A stretch of DNA of 64,000 nt from Cyanobacteriota bacterium (GCA_033764955.1 JANRIL010000005.1:133461-197460), one strand, 5' to 3'. Positions 51,846-62,372 are shown, numbered from the stretch's first letter. Notes: generated by a model from the letters alone, not told the origin. Made by a program: numbers and translations.

Positions 51846-52832
51846 ATGCCCAAAGTGATTCAAATGTGGGAATACGGAGATCCAAGTGTTCTCAAGTTCT
51901 TGGACATAACCCTACGAAATTTACTCCCTACTGAAATTCGTTTTCAAATGTTAGCTGCTGCTGTCAATCGGGCAGATATAGAGATTCGTAGCGGCAAGTG
52001 GCCAATCATGGCAGAAAATCCTTTTCCCTATACTCTGGGACTGGAAGCGGTTGGGGAAGTTGTAGAAGTAGGTCAAGGTGTTGCCTCTGTCAAAGTGGGG
52101 GATCGCGTTATTACAATGATGCAGAAGCTAGGGGGGATCCATGGTCTTCGTGCTGGCAGTTACCAAGAGTTTGTAACGGTTGAAGCGGAAACAGTTGCAG
52201 TCATCCCTGGTGATCTGAACCCATTAGATGTTGCGGCGTTAGGTTTAGCTGCTGTGACTGCCTACAATGGGATCAAACGGTTGCACATTCAGCCTGAACA
52301 AACTGTGGTAATTCATGGAGCCAGTGGGGGTGTCGGATCGGTAGCCGTCTCAATGGCTAAAGCACTAAAAGCTAGAGTGCTGGCAACGACATCTAACTTA
52401 TCTAAAGAGGCTTATTTGAGAGAAATTGGTGCGGATGAAGTCATTGACCTGGGAAATGGTCGCCGTTTAACCGATACGGTTTCCCCTCGAAGTGTAGATG
52501 CTGTGTTCGAGGTAATTGGACAGCAAACGTTTTCAGATAGCGTTGCTGCTTTGAAACAGGCGGGGCATCTCTGCCTAGTTGGTGCCGCGTCAGGGGCGAA
52601 TTTGTGTTTCGTCGCATGGGATTTACTCCAAGACCTTCATTTAACTGGGTATAGTTCAGAAAATTTGACGGGAGAAGATTTAAGGCTTGATATGGAGCAA
52701 ATCTGTGATTGGCTGGCCAGTTGTCAAGTTCCTGCTCCTAGTTACAAGACGTTTCCTTTGCAAGCGGCTGCTCATGTTCATTCCCTTATGGAAGAGCGTA
52801 AGTTGACAGGTCGAGCATTATTGGTTCCTTGA
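51846..52832 (+). CDS. NADPH:quinone oxidoreductase (MDR/QOR family), cassette 3
   Basis: VNRAD...G, LGLEAVG.V, HGASGGVG, GAD.VI; TATAAT at 51811 suggests its own promoter. Confidence 0.88.
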   Translation: MPKVIQMWEYGDPSVLKFLDITLRNLLPTEIRFQMLAAAVNRADIEIRSGKWPIMAENPFPYTLGLEAVGEVVEVGQGVASVKVGDRVITMMQKLGGIHGLRAGSYQEFVTVEAETVAVIPGDLNPLDVAALGLAAVTAYNGIKRLHIQPEQTVVIHGASGGVGSVAVSMAKALKARVLATTSNLSKEAYLREIGADEVIDLGNGRRLTDTVSPRSVDAVFEVIGQQTFSDSVAALKQAGHLCLVGAASGANLCFVAWDLLQDLHLTGYSSENLTGEDLRLDMEQICDWLASCQVPAPSYKTFPLQAAAHVHSLMEERKLTGRALLVP

Positions 52833-52860
52833 AGCATGGTCAACCGCAATAGCTAGACCG

Positions 52861-52915
52861 ATACAACCATTCAAAGGGAGGGGACAGATCGCAATGCTTC
52901 CTGCTCCGTTTTGAG
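52861..52915 (+). other. attC remnant (left arm)
   Basis: CG-ATACAAC matches the reverse complement of the cassette-3 start GTTGTACCG at 8/9 positions, followed by an attC-like arm CATTCAAAGGGAGGGGACAG. Confidence 0.45.
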
Positions 52916-52923
52916 TTCTCTGC

Positions 52924-53017
52924 TATAGTCATTCCAGATAAGAATGCGACCGCCTAAATCTTGATATCCAAGCTCTGAAAGATTTTAGGCTTCTCAAACT
53001 AAATTGGAACGACTATG
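52924..53017. repeat. 94-bp MITE-like element, copy 1
   Basis: Terminal inverted repeats TATAGTCATTCCA / TGGAACGACTATG. Confidence 0.75.
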
Positions 53018-53071
53018 CTTCAAATTGATTAGTCTGATTAGTCAGAGTTCAGTCTTTAGCCATCACAAAGT

Positions 53072-53165
53072 TATAGTCATTCCAGATATGAATGCGACTA
53101 GCCAACTCCTTTTAATCAAGCTGTGATGGGCTTTACAATTCTCAAATTAAATTGGAATGACTATA
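53072..53165. repeat. 94-bp MITE-like element, copy 2
   Basis: Perfect 13-bp TIRs TATAGTCATTCCA / TGGAATGACTATA; shares GATA.GAATGCGAC, CAAGCT and TTCTCAAA.TAAAT with copy 1. Confidence 0.8.
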
Positions 53166-53260
53166 TTTTGATGCAATCCAGATTGCAATGTGAGTATTCG
53201 AGGTTATCTGCCTCCCCACAACTTCACCCAACAGCTTCTTGCTAGACGGAGAGAAAAGGC

Positions 53261-54955
53261 TTATTTGATCTCACCAGCAGGTTGTGGGCTAGGAAAAGGC
53301 GGGATCCACACCCGAAAGATGGTTTCTTCCCCAGCACTACTGACGGCAATCGTGCCTTGCAAAAGTTCCACCAACTCTTTCACCAAAGCCAAACCTAAGC
53401 CCGTGCCATGCACTTGAGCGTGGTTGGTGTGGGATCCCCGATAAAAGCGTTCAAATAGGTAGGGTAGATCTGCCTGTGGGATCCCACCCGTATTGCTAAT
53501 GGCAAACTCTACGCCTATGGAGAGGGATTGGGTTTGCAGACAAATGCTGCCTCCGGCTGGGGTATATTTGCAGGCATTATTCAGTAATTCCCGCAGGATT
53601 CGCCCCAAACAATCGGGATCGGTGGGTAGTTTGGTCAAATGGACAGGTAACTCTAGCAAAAACTCTTGGTTTTGTTGGCTCGCTCTCAACACATAGGGTT
53701 CTGCCAAGTCAATCAGCCAAGGGATCAGATCGATGGCCGCTTGATAAAGGGGATAACTGGCCGCCCCCAGCCGTTGCAGGTCAAGCAAATCATTGATCAG
53801 GGCAATTTCTTGATCGCAGTGAGCTACGGCCATCCGATAATACTGCTGTCGCTTCGCTTCGGAGGGAGCTTTGTCCATGAGGTGGAGCGCTAGCTGCAAG
53901 GTGGTAAGGGGGGTACGCAGTTCGTGGGAAACGGTGCTGAGGAATTCATCCTTGAGGCGGTTGAGATCTTGCAGAGCCATAATTTGCTGTTGAGCCGCCT
54001 GATAAAGACGAGCTTGACGGATAGCAATGCCGCACTGGTTGGCAACCTGCTGCACCAACCGCAGCTCCATCCCTTCAAATGCCTCTTCTGGATTTTTGTA
54101 GAGCCAGAGATCCCCAAAAGGGCCGCGCTCATCTTGGAGTGGACAGGCAAGTACGGCAAAAGGTTGGTGGGCACTACGAATTTTTTGCGGATCGGCTAGG
54201 GAACAAAAGGGCACTGACTCTCCCCGTTGGATAACCTGATAGATCTCCCAATAATTGACAAAATGAAACACCTTGCCCAGGGCTGAAGGGATCCCTGGTT
54301 GAATGTATTCGTACATGACGGTGGATAGTCCGTTTTCCAAATCAAAAAAACTGGCATCGCAGCTCAGGCAATTTAAGCTCAAAGCCAGTTCTTGCACAGC
54401 CGTTTGCAGAATTTGTGATTCATCTAGGCTGTCGCGGACTTTGTCGGTGATCCGCTTGAGGGTGGCTTCGAGGGTGAGGGCGCGATTGAGGGCTTGGGTG
54501 CGGATCTCCACCTGTTGTTCTAGAAGACGTGCCTGCTGTTGCTCTTGATGATGCTGATGTTGCAGGAGGGTGATGGCTTGGCTAACCTGAATCAAATGGC
54601 GGAGGCGTTGCCGCAGCACCGACCATTGAATGGGTTTGCTAATATAATCAGTGGCTCCGGCGGCAAAGGCAGATTGGATAAAGGTTTCCTCTTCCACGCC
54701 CGTCACCATCAAAATCGGGATCTGCGTAGGCAATTGGCGCAACTGCCGACAGCAGGTCAGTCCATCCATCGTGGGCATGACGGCATCCAATAACACGACC
54801 TGTGGCTGATGCTGTTGAAATTGTTGGATCCCTTCTTCCCCATTGTTGGCGGTAACAACTTGATAGCCATCCCGCATCAACAGTTCACGGGCAAGGCGTT
54901 GGCTAACGGGATCATCCTCCACCACCAAGATGACTGGGCTGGGGCTAGGTTTCAT
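53261..54955 (-). CDS. Hybrid histidine kinase REC-GAF-HisKA-HATPase
   Basis: [39 protein letters not shown]. Confidence 0.9.
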   Translation of the reverse strand: MKPSPSPVILVVEDDPVSQRLARELLMRDGYQVVTANNGEEGIQQFQQHQPQVVLLDAVMPTMDGLTCCRQLRQLPTQIPILMVTGVEEETFIQSAFAAGATDYISKPIQWSVLRQRLRHLIQVSQAITLLQHQHHQEQQQARLLEQQVEIRTQALNRALTLEATLKRITDKVRDSLDESQILQTAVQELALSLNCLSCDASFFDLENGLSTVMYEYIQPGIPSALGKVFHFVNYWEIYQVIQRGESVPFCSLADPQKIRSAHQPFAVLACPLQDERGPFGDLWLYKNPEEAFEGMELRLVQQVANQCGIAIRQARLYQAAQQQIMALQDLNRLKDEFLSTVSHELRTPLTTLQLALHLMDKAPSEAKRQQYYRMAVAHCDQEIALINDLLDLQRLGAASYPLYQAAIDLIPWLIDLAEPYVLRASQQNQEFLLELPVHLTKLPTDPDCLGRILRELLNNACKYTPAGGSICLQTQSLSIGVEFAISNTGGIPQADLPYLFERFYRGSHTNHAQVHGTGLGLALVKELVELLQGTIAVSSAGEETIFRVWIPPFPSPQPAGEIK

Positions 54956-57381
54956 AGCAGAGCTAGCAGGGCGGTCTTAACCTGCTGATAGCTTTGCATC
55001 AGATCGGCAAGCATCTGGCTATCGGGTAGGGATCCCTGGTGGGCGGCATGTTCTAGGGCACGGCAGGTGTTAGCGAGGGGGATCGCTCCTAAGGTGGCAC
55101 TGCTGGATTTGAGGGTATGAGCGGCTTGGCGAAAAGTCACGGTATCGCGGGCGGCGAGGGCGGTTTCTAGGGTGGCGAGGAGTTGCTGACTGCTCTCCAA
55201 ATAGTCATTCACGATGGAGCGAATCACGGTTTGGGCATCCTGACCGGCCATCTGGCGCAGTTGGTCAAAAACCGTCAGATTGAGGAAGGGAGAGGGAGTA
55301 TTCCCACCGTGGGGAGAAGCAGCCATTGGCAGGCAGCGCATCAAAGCTTTCTGTAACTCTATCATCTGCATCGGCTTGCTCAAATAATCATCCATGCCGG
55401 CAGCCAAACAGTCCTCACGGGATCCGTCTAGGGCATGGGCGGTCATGGCCACAATGCGAGGAGTGGATCCCCAGGTTTGGCGAATCTGACGGGTAGCACT
55501 CAGGCCGTCCATCTCTGGCATTTGCACATCCATCAACACGAGATCATAGGCTTGCCGACCCAGAGCGGCCAATACTTCCAGACCGTTGTTGGCGACATCG
55601 GCATGATAGCCAAAGCTCTCCAGCATTAACAAAGCTACCCGTTGATTGACGCGGTTATCTTCCGCCAACAAAATTCGCAAGGGGAGTTTTTCGGCCAACC
55701 GTTGCTCGGAAAGGGCAGGGGCAGGGGGGGCTGCTGTCAGATCCTGATCCGACAAAAAAATCTCCTGAATGACTTGATAAAGCTGGCTTTGCTTAATGGG
55801 TTTGTTGAGGAAAGTGGCCTGGGGATCCGCCATCGCCAGGGTGGAGGATCCCACGGATCCGATGGAGGTCAAGAAGATCAGGGGCAGTTGTTGGCAGTGG
55901 GGTTGCTGGCGCATCCGGCTGGCCAGAGTCAGTCCATCCATCTGGGGCATTTGCACATCCAAAATCGCCAGATCAAAAAGTGCCCCTTCCTGTAACAGGA
56001 TCAGTGCCGCTTCTCCTGAATCCACCGCCTGCACCCGCATCCCCCAGGATTGAGCTTGTAGTGTCAAAATTTGCCGATTGCTGGCATTGTCATCCACGAC
56101 TAAGAGGGAGCGTCCTAACAACCCACCAGCCGGAATGGCAGGCAGGGCATGGTCAGACAAAACCCGCAACTTGAGGGTGACCGAAAAGATGGATCCCACT
56201 CCCACCTGGCTTTCCACCCCAATGGTTCCCCCCATCAGGTGGCAGAGTTGGCGGCTAATGCTCAACCCCAGCCCTGTGCCCCCATAGGTTCGACTGATCG
56301 AGGCATCCGCTTGGGTAAAGGGCTGAAACAGATGTTCCTGCTGCTCCTCAGGGATCCCAATTCCGGTATCGCGCACCTGGAAACCGATCTCGACATGGCT
56401 GGGGGAATCGGGATCCCGTTGGGCAATTACCCTGACGGCGACTTCCCCCTTCTGGGTAAACTTGACCGCATTACTGAGCAGATTCACCAAAATTTGCCGG
56501 AGGCGGCTGGCATCTCCCAGCACCGTGCGGGGCACTAGCGGGTCGATCCAACAGGTGAATTCAAGCTGTTTTTCGGCAGCTTGGGGAGCTAACAACTCCA
56601 GCGACGCTTCCACACAAGCGGTCAGATCAAAGGGATAGGATTCGATTTCGAGGCGACCGGACTCAATCTTAGAAAAATCCAGAATATCGTTGATGATCGT
56701 CAGGAGCGCATTGCCACTGCGCCGGATGGTTTCGGTATATTCCTGTTGTTGAGGGGTGAGGGGGCTATCTAAGAGCAAACCCGTCATCCCAATCACCCCA
56801 TTCATAGGGGTGCGAATCTCGTGGCTGATCATGGCCAGGAACTCCCCTTTGGCCCGACTGGCCGCCTCGGCAGCCTGTCGAGCTTCGGCGAGAGCGATAT
56901 TTTGTTGTTGTAACTCCGTCGTCCGTGCCGCTACCCGATCCTCCAATTCGCTATTCAACAGCCGTAGTTCCTGTTCGACGCGCCGCCGTTCACGAATTTC
57001 GGTCTCAAGCTGTTGTGGGCTGGGAAGGGCTAAGGCTTGGGGGATAAGAGGCACCATCTGGAGAGCCGTGTAGACGGAGATACCCGCCGTCATCGCCTTC
57101 AGGGATCCCGAAAACCAGTAGTCAGGATGCCAGAGGGTCCATACTTCCGCCAAATGCCCTGTCCCACAGGCAATGATGAAGGCACTAAACAGAAAAAAGA
57201 CCCTCGAAAAGGGCAAATCCTGTCGTCGCCGCACAAAATAAATCAGCAAAATCGGAATGGAATAGTAGGCCAGACCAATTAAACTATCGGAGGTGAGATG
57301 CAGCCAGATCAGCGTGGGTTGCCACAGGTAACACTGACCGTGGGGCATGAAGGGGTTTAGAGAATCCATCACATCAGCCAT
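54952..57381 (-). CDS. Hybrid histidine kinase with ethylene-receptor-like N-terminal domain (EBD-HisKA-HATPase-REC-REC-Hpt)
   Basis: [36 protein letters not shown]; two REC domains; AHTLKSSS Hpt. Confidence 0.88.
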   Translation of the reverse strand: MADVMDSLNPFMPHGQCYLWQPTLIWLHLTSDSLIGLAYYSIPILLIYFVRRRQDLPFSRVFFLFSAFIIACGTGHLAEVWTLWHPDYWFSGSLKAMTAGISVYTALQMVPLIPQALALPSPQQLETEIRERRRVEQELRLLNSELEDRVAARTTELQQQNIALAEARQAAEAASRAKGEFLAMISHEIRTPMNGVIGMTGLLLDSPLTPQQQEYTETIRRSGNALLTIINDILDFSKIESGRLEIESYPFDLTACVEASLELLAPQAAEKQLEFTCWIDPLVPRTVLGDASRLRQILVNLLSNAVKFTQKGEVAVRVIAQRDPDSPSHVEIGFQVRDTGIGIPEEQQEHLFQPFTQADASISRTYGGTGLGLSISRQLCHLMGGTIGVESQVGVGSIFSVTLKLRVLSDHALPAIPAGGLLGRSLLVVDDNASNRQILTLQAQSWGMRVQAVDSGEAALILLQEGALFDLAILDVQMPQMDGLTLASRMRQQPHCQQLPLIFLTSIGSVGSSTLAMADPQATFLNKPIKQSQLYQVIQEIFLSDQDLTAAPPAPALSEQRLAEKLPLRILLAEDNRVNQRVALLMLESFGYHADVANNGLEVLAALGRQAYDLVLMDVQMPEMDGLSATRQIRQTWGSTPRIVAMTAHALDGSREDCLAAGMDDYLSKPMQMIELQKALMRCLPMAASPHGGNTPSPFLNLTVFDQLRQMAGQDAQTVIRSIVNDYLESSQQLLATLETALAARDTVTFRQAAHTLKSSSATLGAIPLANTCRALEHAAHQGSLPDSQMLADLMQSYQQVKTALLALL

Positions 57382-57503
57382 AACCAGACATTCATTAAGA
57401 AGTGAAGCGGACAAGCGGTGCCACACTGATGGGCAGGGTGCTCCTCCCACGATAACGAAGCTTCCTCCAGATGGGATCCCGTTGGATTGGGTAGGCTGAT
57501 GCT

Positions 57504-58448
57504 ATGTATTCTCTTTTTCGTCGGGTTGGGCAATCTCCAGTGGTGCGGGTAGGGCGGATTGTGATCGTCAATACCCGTCGTTATCGCTTGGCGGGCTTAG
57601 CCTCCGAGATGGCCTATAGCTCCATGCTGGCTTTTTTCCCTCTGGTTTTGATGGTCTTGACCAGCGTGGGGCTGTTTAGCACCTCTTCCCAGTCCACCTT
57701 TCAAAGCTTGATGGATACGATCAGTCGGGTGGCTCCCGAAGAGGTTTTGCAACTGGTAGATGGGTTTGTCCGAGATATCAGCTTTGGGCAAAGCCGCAGT
57801 CTCCTCTCCCTCAGTTTTTTGGGAACACTGTGGGCGGCTTCGGGTGCGGTGAGCGCCCTGATGGTGGCACTGGATCAAAGCCATGCCCTGGCTCCTAGCC
57901 AGGTACGCCCCTTTTGGAAGCGTAAACTGATCTCGATTGTTCTGCTGATTATGCTGCTCGCCCTGACAGGATTGGTCAGTCTGCTCTTGGTTTTTGGATA
58001 TGTTGTCCTGGAGTTTGTGGGGAGACAGGCCACGGTGCTTGGCCTAGATCCGGTGCGCCTTCTGGTTCTGCAACTGTGGGGATGGTCAACCTGGCCGATG
58101 GCTCTGGGGTTGATGACCCTGGCCTGTATGGGTCTCTATCAGTTTGGAGCCAGTCAACGGCGCTTGGGGATCCCCCGTTGGCCGGGGGCACTGACGGCCA
58201 GTGGTTTGTGGCTGCTGGTTTCTGGGGGATTTCGCCTCTATGTGGGGCATCTCGGCAACTACAATAAAGCCTACGGCACGGTGGGAGCGGTGATTGTTCT
58301 ATTGCTGTGGTTGTGGTTGAGTGCCTTATCCCTGTTGATGGGAGAGCAGGTCAACATTGCCCTTTTCCTGATCCGTCAAGACCAGCCCCTTTTAACGGGA
58401 TCCCCACCCCCTGAATCTTCCCCTCCTGAGGGAGCGCCACATCTCTAG
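57504..58448 (+). CDS. YihY/BrkB family membrane protein
   Basis: ASEMAY..MLAFFP, YNKAYGTVGAVIVLLLWLWLS. Confidence 0.9.
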   Translation: MYSLFRRVGQSPVVRVGRIVIVNTRRYRLAGLASEMAYSSMLAFFPLVLMVLTSVGLFSTSSQSTFQSLMDTISRVAPEEVLQLVDGFVRDISFGQSRSLLSLSFLGTLWAASGAVSALMVALDQSHALAPSQVRPFWKRKLISIVLLIMLLALTGLVSLLLVFGYVVLEFVGRQATVLGLDPVRLLVLQLWGWSTWPMALGLMTLACMGLYQFGASQRRLGIPRWPGALTASGLWLLVSGGFRLYVGHLGNYNKAYGTVGAVIVLLLWLWLSALSLLMGEQVNIALFLIRQDQPLLTGSPPPESSPPEGAPHL

Positions 58449-58536
58449 CGGGTTCACGCCAAAAGTCAGAAGAAGTTACGCCAATCGGTATGAACAAAGG
58501 AAAGCAAAGCACAGTATCTTTAGGTAGTATCGCTAA

Positions 58537-58660
58537 AAAATGTGAGATCCAGCCCGAAGGGGATCAGGCTGGATCAAGCGGGACACGCGCACTCCGTCCA
58601 CGATCTAGTGTGTAGTGAATGAAACGGTAGGCGGGTGATCCAAGTCACACGCCTTTTTCT
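58537..58660 (+). ncRNA. Candidate small RNA (about 125 nt)
   Basis: TAGTAT -10-like box (58525-58530), 9-bp 5' hairpin (58546-58575), single-stranded middle, terminator hairpin plus T-run; no ORF. Confidence 0.4.
58629..58660 (+). terminator. Rho-independent terminator
   Basis: AGGCGGGTGA-TCCAAG-TCACACGCCT followed by TTTTCT. Confidence 0.65.
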
Positions 58661-58692
58661 GTATAGGAAATGTGGCTTGGCTTAACCAGCCA

Positions 58693-60750
58693 TTAAGTCA
58701 CCACTTCCGAATTGGGAGTGAGGGATCCCAAGTCTGGCATGGGGGTGGGTTGCAGGCGCGCTAAGGCTTGAGCCGCCTCAGCAAAATCGGGGTTAAGGGT
58801 GAGCGCCTGCTGATAACTGGTTTGAGCTTCTGAAATCAGCCCTAGCCCTTCCTGCGCGCAGGCCAAGGTGTGCCAACTGGCCCAACTTTCTGGGTTGAGG
58901 GTGACCGCTTGCTGGGCATCGAGGAGGGCATCCTCAAAACATTGTTGTTGACAGAGACTCCAGGCGCGATTGTTGAGGGCGGTACTGTCTTGGGGGGTGA
59001 GGCGCAAAACCTGACTATAGTGCTGAATAGCTTGCTCAAAGTGCTGTTGATCGCTGGCAATTAACCCTAAGGCAAACCATCCCCAGGGATCCTCCCCATT
59101 GAGGGCAACCATTTTTTCGGCGGTGGTTTGAGCCAGATCCCATTGGCGGAGGGCGCGCAGACAGGTAATCCGCCCGTAGAGACAGGCAAAATTTTGAGGA
59201 CGTTGTTGCAAAATCTGATTGAACTGGTTGAGGGCTGGTTTGACTTGGCCGAGGGCTTGCCGACCCACCGCCAGCGCATATTGTGCCGGGAAATAGGCGG
59301 GGTTGATTTTAAGAGCCTCTTCAAAGTGAAAGCAGGCTTCTTTTTGAAAGCCCAGCCGTTGAAAGGCGATCCCCCGCGCCTGCCAAGCCCGAAAATGATC
59401 GGGATCCCGTTTTAGCACGCGGTCAAAACTATCACTGGCCTGTCGATAGCGCCCCATACGCAGCAACAAAACCCCCAGGTTGTAGAGGGTGACAAGATCG
59501 CGGCGACGCCCACTCAACGCCCGTCGATAACAATTCAAGGCGGTTTTGTAGCGGTTGGCCTTGACCCAAGCATTCCCTTGCCACCGCCAAAGCTTGATAT
59601 TGCTGGGATCCCGTTTTAGGGCTTCCGCAAAACTTTCTGCCGCCGCCCGAGGCCGTTTGACCCGCCTGAGGGCGATGCCACGGGCTGCCCAGATTTTGGG
59701 GTGTTGTTGCCCCACCCGTAGCGCTTTATTCAGGCTGACAACTGCCAATTTCGTCCGCTTCATTTGCAGGAGACGGATGCCGCGATTGTGCCAAGCTAAG
59801 CCCTCTTCCGGGTTGATTTCTAAAACTTTGTCATAGTTAACCACCGCTGACTTGGGTTTGCCCACCCGTCCCAAGATCAGAGCCAGTCGAATCCGTGTGG
59901 TCTCATCGTAAGGATTGATGGTCAGGGATCCGTTGTAGCTATCGATGGCCTCCCGATAGCGAGCCAGTTGCACCAAAACATCCCCCCGCCGACTCCAGGC
60001 CAAGGCAAAGTTGGGATCCATATTGAGGGCGCGGTCAAAAGCCGCCAGTGCCTCGTTGAGATTGCCCCGCCGTAGCCAGTCTTCGGCTTTGTCGTATTGC
60101 AGATCCGCGCTATTCCACTGAAAAAGCCGTTGCAGAAATTGCAAAATGGCCACCTGCTGCATCCCTTCGGCTGTAGGGCTGCGTTGGCTGGTGGCGGCTC
60201 CGAAGAGAGCCATTTGCAGACTACGGAAAAAGGCTTGAAATCCGCGCAATTCTTCATCCTGGATGGGCTGGCTGCGTCCGGTTTCTAGGCGGAATCGTTG
60301 CAGATTCGTGGGGGGTTGAATGGTCGGATCGAGGACAGCCATCAACTGGAGAGTCTGAAACTCCAACAGGACGGGATCCTCTTCCGAACCCGTGAAATCG
60401 ATAGCGGTCAAATCCTGTAGGGGGCGGGGGAGGTCGGCGGGGGTATGAATCAGGGGTAATAACCGCTGATTTTGGCGAGCTGGGGCATGGGCAAATCCGG
60501 TGTAGAGTTCGTCCTTTGGCCAGGGATCCCCGACCAACTCCGGCGAGATGACGATGCCAATCCAGCGACATTGATCAATCGCCAACTGATATTCCAGCTT
60601 GCGGTCGGATCCGGGTGACAGCATCCAGCCATCAAACCAAACGCGAAATCCTTCTCGATCCAGCCGCTCCGCCAGTTGACGAGTCCAACGAGCTTGGGCG
60701 CGATGGTAGCGCAGAAAAATATCAAACCGATAACCAGACTCAGGGGTCAT
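58693..60750 (-). CDS. TIR domain + multi-TPR protein
   Basis: FDIFLRY...LAERL...GFRVWFD.W...G....I.....IVISP....WPKDEL (TIR_2-like), then many TPRs; ATG at 60750 avoids overlap with cobS. Confidence 0.85.
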   Translation of the reverse strand: MTPESGYRFDIFLRYHRAQARWTRQLAERLDREGFRVWFDGWMLSPGSDRKLEYQLAIDQCRWIGIVISPELVGDPWPKDELYTGFAHAPARQNQRLLPLIHTPADLPRPLQDLTAIDFTGSEEDPVLLEFQTLQLMAVLDPTIQPPTNLQRFRLETGRSQPIQDEELRGFQAFFRSLQMALFGAATSQRSPTAEGMQQVAILQFLQRLFQWNSADLQYDKAEDWLRRGNLNEALAAFDRALNMDPNFALAWSRRGDVLVQLARYREAIDSYNGSLTINPYDETTRIRLALILGRVGKPKSAVVNYDKVLEINPEEGLAWHNRGIRLLQMKRTKLAVVSLNKALRVGQQHPKIWAARGIALRRVKRPRAAAESFAEALKRDPSNIKLWRWQGNAWVKANRYKTALNCYRRALSGRRRDLVTLYNLGVLLLRMGRYRQASDSFDRVLKRDPDHFRAWQARGIAFQRLGFQKEACFHFEEALKINPAYFPAQYALAVGRQALGQVKPALNQFNQILQQRPQNFACLYGRITCLRALRQWDLAQTTAEKMVALNGEDPWGWFALGLIASDQQHFEQAIQHYSQVLRLTPQDSTALNNRAWSLCQQQCFEDALLDAQQAVTLNPESWASWHTLACAQEGLGLISEAQTSYQQALTLNPDFAEAAQALARLQPTPMPDLGSLTPNSEVVT

Positions 60751-60830
60751 GCCCAATTCGCAAAAACCTTTCTCCAGCTTATCTGCTCCCCGACCGGATC
60801 CCCCAGTATCCCCATTTCTCCTGCAACCCT

Positions 60831-61616
60831 CTAGAACCAGTGCAGGGTTGCCAGCACCAGCACCCAGGCTTCCGTCCATTCCACCGTCGCCCCATAGGAA
60901 TCTCCGGTGTGTCCCCCCAGTTGTCGATACCATCCATAGCCAACCCCAGAAGCGATGATGGCACTCAGTAGGTTCCAGACGCTCACCCACAGCCAATTTG
61001 CCGGGGTTAGCCCGATCCATCCGGCTATCATCAGGAACAGTCCCAGCGTCATCGGCCAGAGATCCTGCGGAAAATGGGTGGACTCTTTCAGAAATCGTCC
61101 TTGACCCTGGGGTTTAAGATAAGGATAACTACCTATCGCCAGCAGTTGTCCCCAGCGCCCCCAGGCGGGCGTTAGCAGCAACACCCACCCCTGCTGAGCA
61201 GGCAAACTTGCCAGAGTGGCCCCCTTGAGTCCCAGCACCAAAATCAGAGCCAGTGCCCCATAAGCGCCGATACGACTATCTGCCATCACCGCCAAGCGTT
61301 CCTGGATCCCAGCTTGTCCACTCACCGCCAATCCATCCCCCACATCCGCCACACCATCCAGATGCAAGCCGCCCGTGATGGCTGCCCACAGATAAACCTC
61401 CAAGGCGGCTCTCACCCAATCGGGAGCCATCAGACGCAGCAGGTTATCCGCCAGCATCAGGATCCCGCCGATCAACACCCCCACTAAGGGCAACCAACGG
61501 GCAATTCCCGCAAAATCCAATGGACAGCGATCCCAAAATGGCAGCGGGATCCTGGTATAAAAAATCCAGGCTGCCACCCACTGCCAAAAAATACGTTTCG
61601 CCAAGTGATTAACCAT
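60831..61616 (-). CDS. cobS: Adenosylcobinamide-GDP ribazoletransferase
   Basis: FYTRIP, TGGLHLDGVADVGDG, MADSRIGAYG, GGHTGDSYGA. Confidence 0.93.
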   Translation of the reverse strand: MVNHLAKRIFWQWVAAWIFYTRIPLPFWDRCPLDFAGIARWLPLVGVLIGGILMLADNLLRLMAPDWVRAALEVYLWAAITGGLHLDGVADVGDGLAVSGQAGIQERLAVMADSRIGAYGALALILVLGLKGATLASLPAQQGWVLLLTPAWGRWGQLLAIGSYPYLKPQGQGRFLKESTHFPQDLWPMTLGLFLMIAGWIGLTPANWLWVSVWNLLSAIIASGVGYGWYRQLGGHTGDSYGATVEWTEAWVLVLATLHWF

Positions 61617-61751
61617 GACGGCGAGGATCTCTAGCGTTTTCTAATCTAGCGAAGTGTCATAGTACCCATGCGTCAATCCGTTCTTCCCGTCTCGTAAAGG
61701 TATTTGTGAGAACGCCTCTTCTAACAGTGCTGAATCATTAACAATAAGGCT

Positions 61752-61943
61752 TTTCCAGTCATTCGTCCTAGCTGGTGAGGATGGTTCCAGTTACGGAGTT
61801 GGGCGCTAAACTCACAAGCCACTTCATCCGACTTGATAGCCTGATGGACGCATGACTGGCATCTCTCCATTCAGCAACTCCAACCGATAATCATTTTGAA
61901 GTTGGTGTTGAACAAGGTCTAAATCTTGCACCGATAAAACCAT
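61752..61943 (-). pseudogene. Uma2 family endonuclease fragment
   Basis: LSVQDL...DYRLELLNGE..VM.PSGY(frameshift)SDEVACEFSAQLRNW....LGRMTG, then similarity is lost. Confidence 0.7.
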
Positions 61944-62156
61944 GACATCCCCTAAACTAGACATTCCGGATCCAGAATGTTGCATGGCTTGCCATAGATC
62001 CCACCCTGAGCGACTAAGTGGGCATGGGAATCGCTTCATGGTGTTTGATGGCAATTCGGGAGCTAAACACAGCAGGGATGGTGTGTTCGTGAGAGGATTT
62101 ATCCATCGGTGGTAGGGGTGAGAGTCGCCTAGCCTGGGATCCCCACCCCATACCCA

Positions 62157-62372
62157 TCAGGCACTCAAAGCACTATCCACCTCTAGATATGGCTCATCCT
62201 CTGCCGACCGAAAGACGACGGATCCCTCGTACAAAGCATCCGTTAGCCGATCAAGAGCCGCAAGATCATCAGGCGAGCAGGTTGACTGAAGCAACCAGGT
62301 ATTCAACCATTCTTGCTGACGATGAGTCAGGACATGCGTTTGTAAAGCCTCATTGACGATAATCTGGAGCAT
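62157..62372 (-). CDS. Small conserved cyanobacterial hypothetical protein
   Basis: Similar to 22016-22225 (QT..L...Q...L...D..A.D.L..AL..G.VV). Confidence 0.7.
   Translation of the reverse strand: MLQIIVNEALQTHVLTHRQQEWLNTWLLQSTCSPDDLAALDRLTDALYEGSVVFRSAEDEPYLEVDSALSA

Noticed and set aside
52924..53165. CRISPR array
   Set aside because: Only two 94-bp units with TIRs and divergent cores; no cas genes in the window
60751..61020. Extended N-terminus of the TIR-TPR ORF
   Set aside because: Overlaps cobS out of frame; the TIR domain starts just after the ATG at 60750
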